Origin: a virus | Lineage: Duplodnaviria > Heunggongvirae > Uroviricota > Caudoviricetes | Direction: 5' to 3' (one strand) | IMG/VR virus record: IMGVR_UViG_2585427789_000026 | Length of the DNA: 10,458 nt | In this document: positions 7,221 through 10,458 of the stretch, piece after piece | Position numbering within the stretch: position 1 is the stretch's first letter | Layout: every line of letters begins with the position of its first letter | Position numbers and translations under genes: made by a program | The notes under the pieces: model-generated | What the model saw: only the letters and a program-made list of their open reading frames with translations | Databases searched by the model: none | Told to the model about the DNA's origin: nothing

Positions 7221-7389
7221 GGATGACAACATCGCCCTTTGCCTCAAGTTTCATTAATAACTCCATTCGATAAGCTATCTCTGCCTGAATTGACCTATGG
7301 CATCTTTTTGCTGATTCGCGGATATGTGAATCAACCTTTTCTGTAAAACGAACCTGACGCGGCTTGATGGAAGATATCTTTTCAGTCAT
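7216..7389 (-). CDS. arc: Arc-like ribbon-helix-helix repressor (57 aa; not in the supplied ORF track)
   Basis: Hand translation of the complement strand: MTEKISSIKPRQVRFTEKVDSHIRESAKRCHRSIQAEIAYRMELLMKLEAKGDVVIQ-stop. It aligns with P22 Arc as recalled (…PQFNLRWPREVLDLVRKVAEENGRSVNSEIYQRVMESF…). AGGAG lies 6 nt upstream of the ATG at 7387-7389. Confidence 0.7.
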   Translation of the reverse strand: MTEKISSIKPRQVRFTEKVDSHIRESAKRCHRSIQAEIAYRMELLMKLEAKGDVVIQ

Positions 7390-7435
7390 TATGCACTCCT
7401 GTTTTTGAAAAACTCATAATCTCACTTTTTGTAGT

Positions 7436-7467
7436 TTGATTATTCACTCACACTCAGTATGAGTCAA
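7436..7467. promoter_or_regulatory. Overlapping divergent promoters with candidate operator (palindrome ACTCA-gta-TGAGT plus ACTCA repeats) between arc and the CI-like gene
   Basis: Minus strand: TTGACT (complement of 7462-7467), 17 bp, AATAAT (complement of 7439-7444), reading into arc. Plus strand: TTGATT (7436-7441), about 16 bp, TATGAG, a weaker promoter reading into the CI-like gene. The 13-bp palindrome at 7452-7464 overlaps both; further ACTCA half-sites at 7412 and 7445. Confidence 0.4.
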
Positions 7468-7488
7468 TGAATTTTTTATGGTGAACTA

Positions 7489-8130
7489 ATGAATTTTGAC
7501 GATCAATTCCCATCAAGAGTATCTCTGGCAAGACAGTCCAGGGGTATGACGCAGGCGCAGTTGTCAAAATTAGCTGGTGTTGTTCAACGTCAAATAGCTG
7601 CATACGAGGGTGGTGAGGCTAAACCACGGCTTCGGGTATTGCAGGCATTAGCCAACGCATTAGGTACTACGGCTGAGTGGTTAGCTCTAGGTGAAGGTCA
7701 GGGTCCGGGAACAAAAAACGTCATGCCTGACGTTCTGGTAAAGCAAATACCAATTCTCAAACTAGATGAAGTTATGCATTACCTAAACACAGGTGAACAT
7801 TCATCGTCTAGATTTCATCCTGCAATATACAATGTTGGTGACTCTGCATTTGCATTGACTATTGAAGGTGAAGCTATGACTACAAGTTCAGGTATTAGCT
7901 TTCCCAGAGGATCGGTTGTCACGTTCAGCCCTCTAGTAAAAGCTAAAAGCAAAGATTATGTAATAGCATCATTGGATAAAGAGCAAATATTGAGCTTCAA
8001 ACAGGTTTACATTGGTGAAATAGAGACAAACCTAGTATCCCTAAACCCAATGTATCCTAATATTCTTGTTAGAAATGAAGATGTTAGTATTTTGGCAACC
8101 GCAGTTTACCTTGAAATCCCGTTGCTTTGA
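7489..8130 (+). CDS. CI-like repressor (XRE-type HTH plus LexA/S24-like C-terminal domain) with catalytic Ser and cleavage site replaced
   Basis: N-terminal HTH (…GMTQAQLSKLAGVVQRQIAAYEGG…); C-terminal GDSAFALTIEGEAM…SFPRG…LSFKQV…LNPMYP aligns with lambda CI GDSAFWLEVEGNSM…SFPDG…FTFKKL…LNPQYP. The G-x-S-M nucleophile position reads Ala (GCT 7873-7875) and the Ala-Gly scissile position reads Asp-Glu. Confidence 0.8.
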   Translation: MNFDDQFPSRVSLARQSRGMTQAQLSKLAGVVQRQIAAYEGGEAKPRLRVLQALANALGTTAEWLALGEGQGPGTKNVMPDVLVKQIPILKLDEVMHYLNTGEHSSSRFHPAIYNVGDSAFALTIEGEAMTTSSGISFPRGSVVTFSPLVKAKSKDYVIASLDKEQILSFKQVYIGEIETNLVSLNPMYPNILVRNEDVSILATAVYLEIPLL

Positions 8131-8190
8131 TATCCTTTAGGAGGCGACACATTATCATCTGGTATCCTGCTCAAAACTAAGGAGGTTGGT

Positions 8191-8379
8191 GTGAAGAAAA
8201 AATTTGTAAACGTTGCAAAGTGCGCAATTTTTATATTTTTTATGACCTTTTACGGATTTAGTGCCGGAGAAGGTTTCGATCGTGATGCCAATGCATTCAG
8301 TTTCTTTTGTCTGTCTATAGTGGTCATAATTGTATGGGTGGAATTAAAGCAAACATTGTTTCATGTGCTAAGGAAATAA
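8191..8379 (+). CDS. Hypothetical small membrane protein (62 aa) downstream of the CI-like repressor
   Basis: GTG start 5 nt after a strong TAAGGAGG (8178-8185). Lys-rich N-terminus followed by two hydrophobic segments. Same strand as the CI-like gene, 60 bp downstream. Confidence 0.5.
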   Translation: MKKKFVNVAKCAIFIFFMTFYGFSAGEGFDRDANAFSFFCLSIVVIIVWVELKQTLFHVLRK

Positions 8380-8396
8380 CCATCCATGGCATTTAG

Positions 8397-8931
8397 TCAC
8401 TGCTGTGTTGCCTCAGTGGCAAGCAGCGGTCTGATGGCATTTGCAGCGTTACTTAATGCTCTTTCATAGGCTGGCGTTCCTGCTTTGGTGTTTGCCAGAC
8501 GTAAGAGCGCATTCCTGGCCATAGGGCTTTCATAAACCCTCGACATAAGGCCAATCCCTGTTTCCCCAGCCAATAGCGCGCCTCCGGTTTTTAGGTTACC
8601 AATAACCCTTACCAAAGGCGCGAGTGTCATGCCAGTCTTCGTCACAACATTAGCCTCAGATGCTCTTTTGGTAGCATCGAGAATAGATAACATCCCCTCT
8701 ATCTCTTTTCCGTTCTTCCCACCAAATACAGTTTTAAACACCTGACCATTTGCTTGTTTTTGCAGCTTGCCAAGCTCGGTCATCATTTTCTGAGGGCTGT
8801 CACCTACCTTGTCAGCTATTTTGCTGATATATGCCGCCCTTAGCATGTCTTTACCTTTTTGATCGAGTTTCCCGTACAATCGAGCTATATCTGACCCATA
8901 TTGTCCATACACAATGGTATTTACAGCCTCG
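8397..8931 (-). pseudogene. 3' fragment of a phage late gene (putative DNA-ejection / internal virion protein, gp16-like by position), truncated by IS66 insertion
   Basis: The reading frame stays open upstream of the listed GTG (8912) straight into the IS66 end, with no convincing ribosome-binding site. The protein is low-complexity and Ala/Gly/Lys-rich. The gp16 assignment rests only on position relative to P22 gene order. Confidence 0.4.
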
Positions 8932-10458
8932 GTAAGCGGCTCGCCAGAACCGTATTGATATTTACTGAGAGGTCAGATCAACTTTCCAGGGCAACAGATC
9001 GCGTACCCGGTTTGCCGGCCAATCCTGGATATGCTCAATGACGTAACGCAGCCATTTTTCTGGTTCCACATTGTTCAGACGGCATGTGCCGATCAGCGAG
9101 TACAACACCGCCGCATGTTCGCCACCGCTGTCGGAACCCGCGAACAGCCAGTTTTTCCGGCCTACGGCCACTCCCCGTAAGGCGTTCTCTGCGATGTTGT
9201 TGTCGATTTCCACCCAGCCATTACTGCAGTACACGTTCAGGCCATCCCACTGTTTCAGCAGGTATGCGAACGCTTTTGCCGTATCCGAGTGACGCGACAG
9301 TGTTTTCATCTGAGTCTGTATCCAGTCATACAGTGACTGCATCAGTGGCGCGGCTCTGGCTTTTCTTGCCGCCAGACGCTGTTCTGCTGAACATCCCCGG
9401 ACTTCTGCCTCGATGGCATACAGTTCACCGATACGCTGCAGGGCTTCCGTGGTGATGTCGGTGGGCACTCTTGCATGCACATCGTGGATTTTTCTCCGGG
9501 CATGAGCCATACACGCGGCTTCCGTTATTCTGCCGGATTCGTATAACACCCGGTAACCACCGTAAGCATCGGCCTGAAGCACACCGCTGTAACCGGCCAG
9601 ATGATTTTGTGGATGGATACCTTTCCGGTCCGGTGAGTACGCGAACCAGACCGCCGGGGGCATTTCCGAACCGGCGTTACGGTCATCACGGACGTAGACC
9701 CACAGCCGGGCGGTCCGGGTTTTACCGCTGCCCGGCTCCTGGACCGGGACGGGGATATCATCAGCATGGACTTTACCGGGCATCAGCACATACTGGCGCA
9801 GGACGTCATACAGCGGCTCCAGCAGTTCAGCAACGGCACCTGTCCAGCGCCCCAGCGTGGCGCGGCTCAGCTCCACGCCCTGGCGACGGTATATTTCTGA
9901 CTGGCGGTATAACGGCAGATGGTCTGCATATTTCCCGGTAACAACATGGGCCAGAAGCCCCGCTCCGGCATAACTGCGTGCAATGGGTTTTGAAGGTACT
10001 GTTGCCTGCACGATATGGTCGCACCGACAACAGGCCAGTTTCGGACGTTGTGTTTCGATAACCTTAAAGGCGCTGCTGATAAGCTCCAGTTGCTCTGACA
10101 CATCACACCCCAGAGGACTGAGGTCACCACCACAGGCCGGGCAGCATTCCTCTTCCGGCCGGATGACCCGGGTTTCACGGGGAAGTGAGGCCGGTAACGG
10201 TTTACGGGCTGAAGACTGGCGCAGGGCGGATGGCAGTACCGGGTCATATTGCTCACCCAGCGTTTCCGCCATTTCTTCCTGAAGTGCGCTGATTCGCTCC
10301 TGTGCTTCCTGTATCTGCCGTTCGGTTTTAGCGCGAAGTTTTTCTGAGCTTTTACCGAACTGCATGCGCTGCAGTTTCGCAACCAGCGCCTTCAGCCGGT
10401 TGATTTCGGAAGCATAAGCCGCCACCCGCTGTGAGAGCAGGCGGTTGTATTTCGCCAT
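8932..10458 (-). mobile_element. IS66-family insertion sequence, right end, continuing beyond the window
   Basis: GC-rich block beginning GTAAGCGGC at 8932, consistent with the GTAA terminus typical of IS66-family inverted repeats as recalled, 30 bp from the transposase stop. Sharp composition change from the AT-rich phage sequence. Confidence 0.75.
8962..10458 (-). CDS. tnpC: IS66-family transposase (TnpC/orf3), N-terminally truncated by the window edge
   Basis: 498-aa ORF ending ...[11 protein letters not shown], with leucine-zipper-like N-region, CxxC...CxC zinc motif (CPACGG...CCRCDH) and a conserved catalytic core. The M at 10458 corresponds to an internal position in full-length IS66 TnpC as recalled, so the true start lies outside the window. 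Confidence 0.9.
   Translation of the reverse strand: MAKYNRLLSQRVAAYASEINRLKALVAKLQRMQFGKSSEKLRAKTERQIQEAQERISALQEEMAETLGEQYDPVLPSALRQSSARKPLPASLPRETRVIRPEEECCPACGGDLSPLGCDVSEQLELISSAFKVIETQRPKLACCRCDHIVQATVPSKPIARSYAGAGLLAHVVTGKYADHLPLYRQSEIYRRQGVELSRATLGRWTGAVAELLEPLYDVLRQYVLMPGKVHADDIPVPVQEPGSGKTRTARLWVYVRDDRNAGSEMPPAVWFAYSPDRKGIHPQNHLAGYSGVLQADAYGGYRVLYESGRITEAACMAHARRKIHDVHARVPTDITTEALQRIGELYAIEAEVRGCSAEQRLAARKARAAPLMQSLYDWIQTQMKTLSRHSDTAKAFAYLLKQWDGLNVYCSNGWVEIDNNIAENALRGVAVGRKNWLFAGSDSGGEHAAVLYSLIGTCRLNNVEPEKWLRYVIEHIQDWPANRVRDLLPWKVDLTSQ

Noticed and set aside
6417-7247. Longer ORF-track versions of the two antirepressors (starts at 6503 and 7247)
   Set aside because: The 6503 start is a TTG abutting the upstream stop and would bury the hairpin terminator in coding sequence. 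The 7247 start overlaps the arc coding region. Internal ATGs with good ribosome-binding sites at 6416 and 7142 match where the domain homology begins.
8138-8177. A second Shine-Dalgarno-like TAGGAGG at 8138-8144 between the CI-like gene and the small membrane ORF
   Set aside because: No ATG, GTG or TTG at a usable distance; only an ATT followed by a 9-codon frame. Probably coincidental or part of the downstream gene's leader.
8397-8912. Treating the 171-aa ORF as a complete gene
   Set aside because: The listed start is a GTG with no properly spaced ribosome-binding site and the frame remains open upstream into the IS66 end. It was annotated as a truncated fragment, though completeness cannot be excluded without the sequence beyond the IS.
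9071-10382. Several ORFs of 67-171 aa overlapping the IS66 transposase on both strands (9071-9292, 9084-9455, 9471-9941, 9525-9767, 9827-10030, 9867-10382, 9983-10282)
   Set aside because: Arg/Pro/Ser-rich, low-complexity translations typical of alternative frames in GC-rich DNA; all lie inside the well-supported TnpC reading frame.
1-10458. CRISPR arrays, tRNA or rRNA genes
   Set aside because: No regularly spaced direct repeats with unique spacers were seen, no tRNA-like T-arm or acceptor motifs were found near the prophage junction, and no rRNA-like sequence is present.

Overview
This window reads as an Escherichia coli chromosomal segment (dacD and the first 16 codons of sbcB) joined to one end of a P22-like (Lederbergvirus-type) prophage, which is itself interrupted by an IS66-family element at the right edge. 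All homology calls are from reading the translations against remembered protein families; no database search was run. Left to right: dacD (complement); the divergent sbcB start, which breaks off after codon 16; about 480 bp of non-coding sequence with a tandem 12-bp repeat; a 95-aa membrane protein joined stop-to-start to an 861-aa tailspike (P22-type head-binding N-terminus, pectate-lyase-like central domain, C-terminal self-cleaving chaperone domain); then an immI-like regulatory region. That region holds an Mnt homolog, a 73-aa unknown ORF, two tandem antirepressor genes (Rha/KilA-C type and Bro-N type), an Arc-like gene of 57 aa that is absent from the ORF track, and, divergent from arc, a CI-like repressor whose autocleavage residues are replaced, followed by a small membrane protein. 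Two plus-strand intrinsic terminators sit in the intercistronic regions just upstream of each antirepressor gene, which suggests two sar-like antisense RNAs. The last phage gene is a 3' fragment cut by the IS66 end, so the prophage is probably defective. The most interesting candidate is the immunity module: a non-cleavable CI-like repressor opposite Arc-controlled antirepressors with duplicated antisense units.
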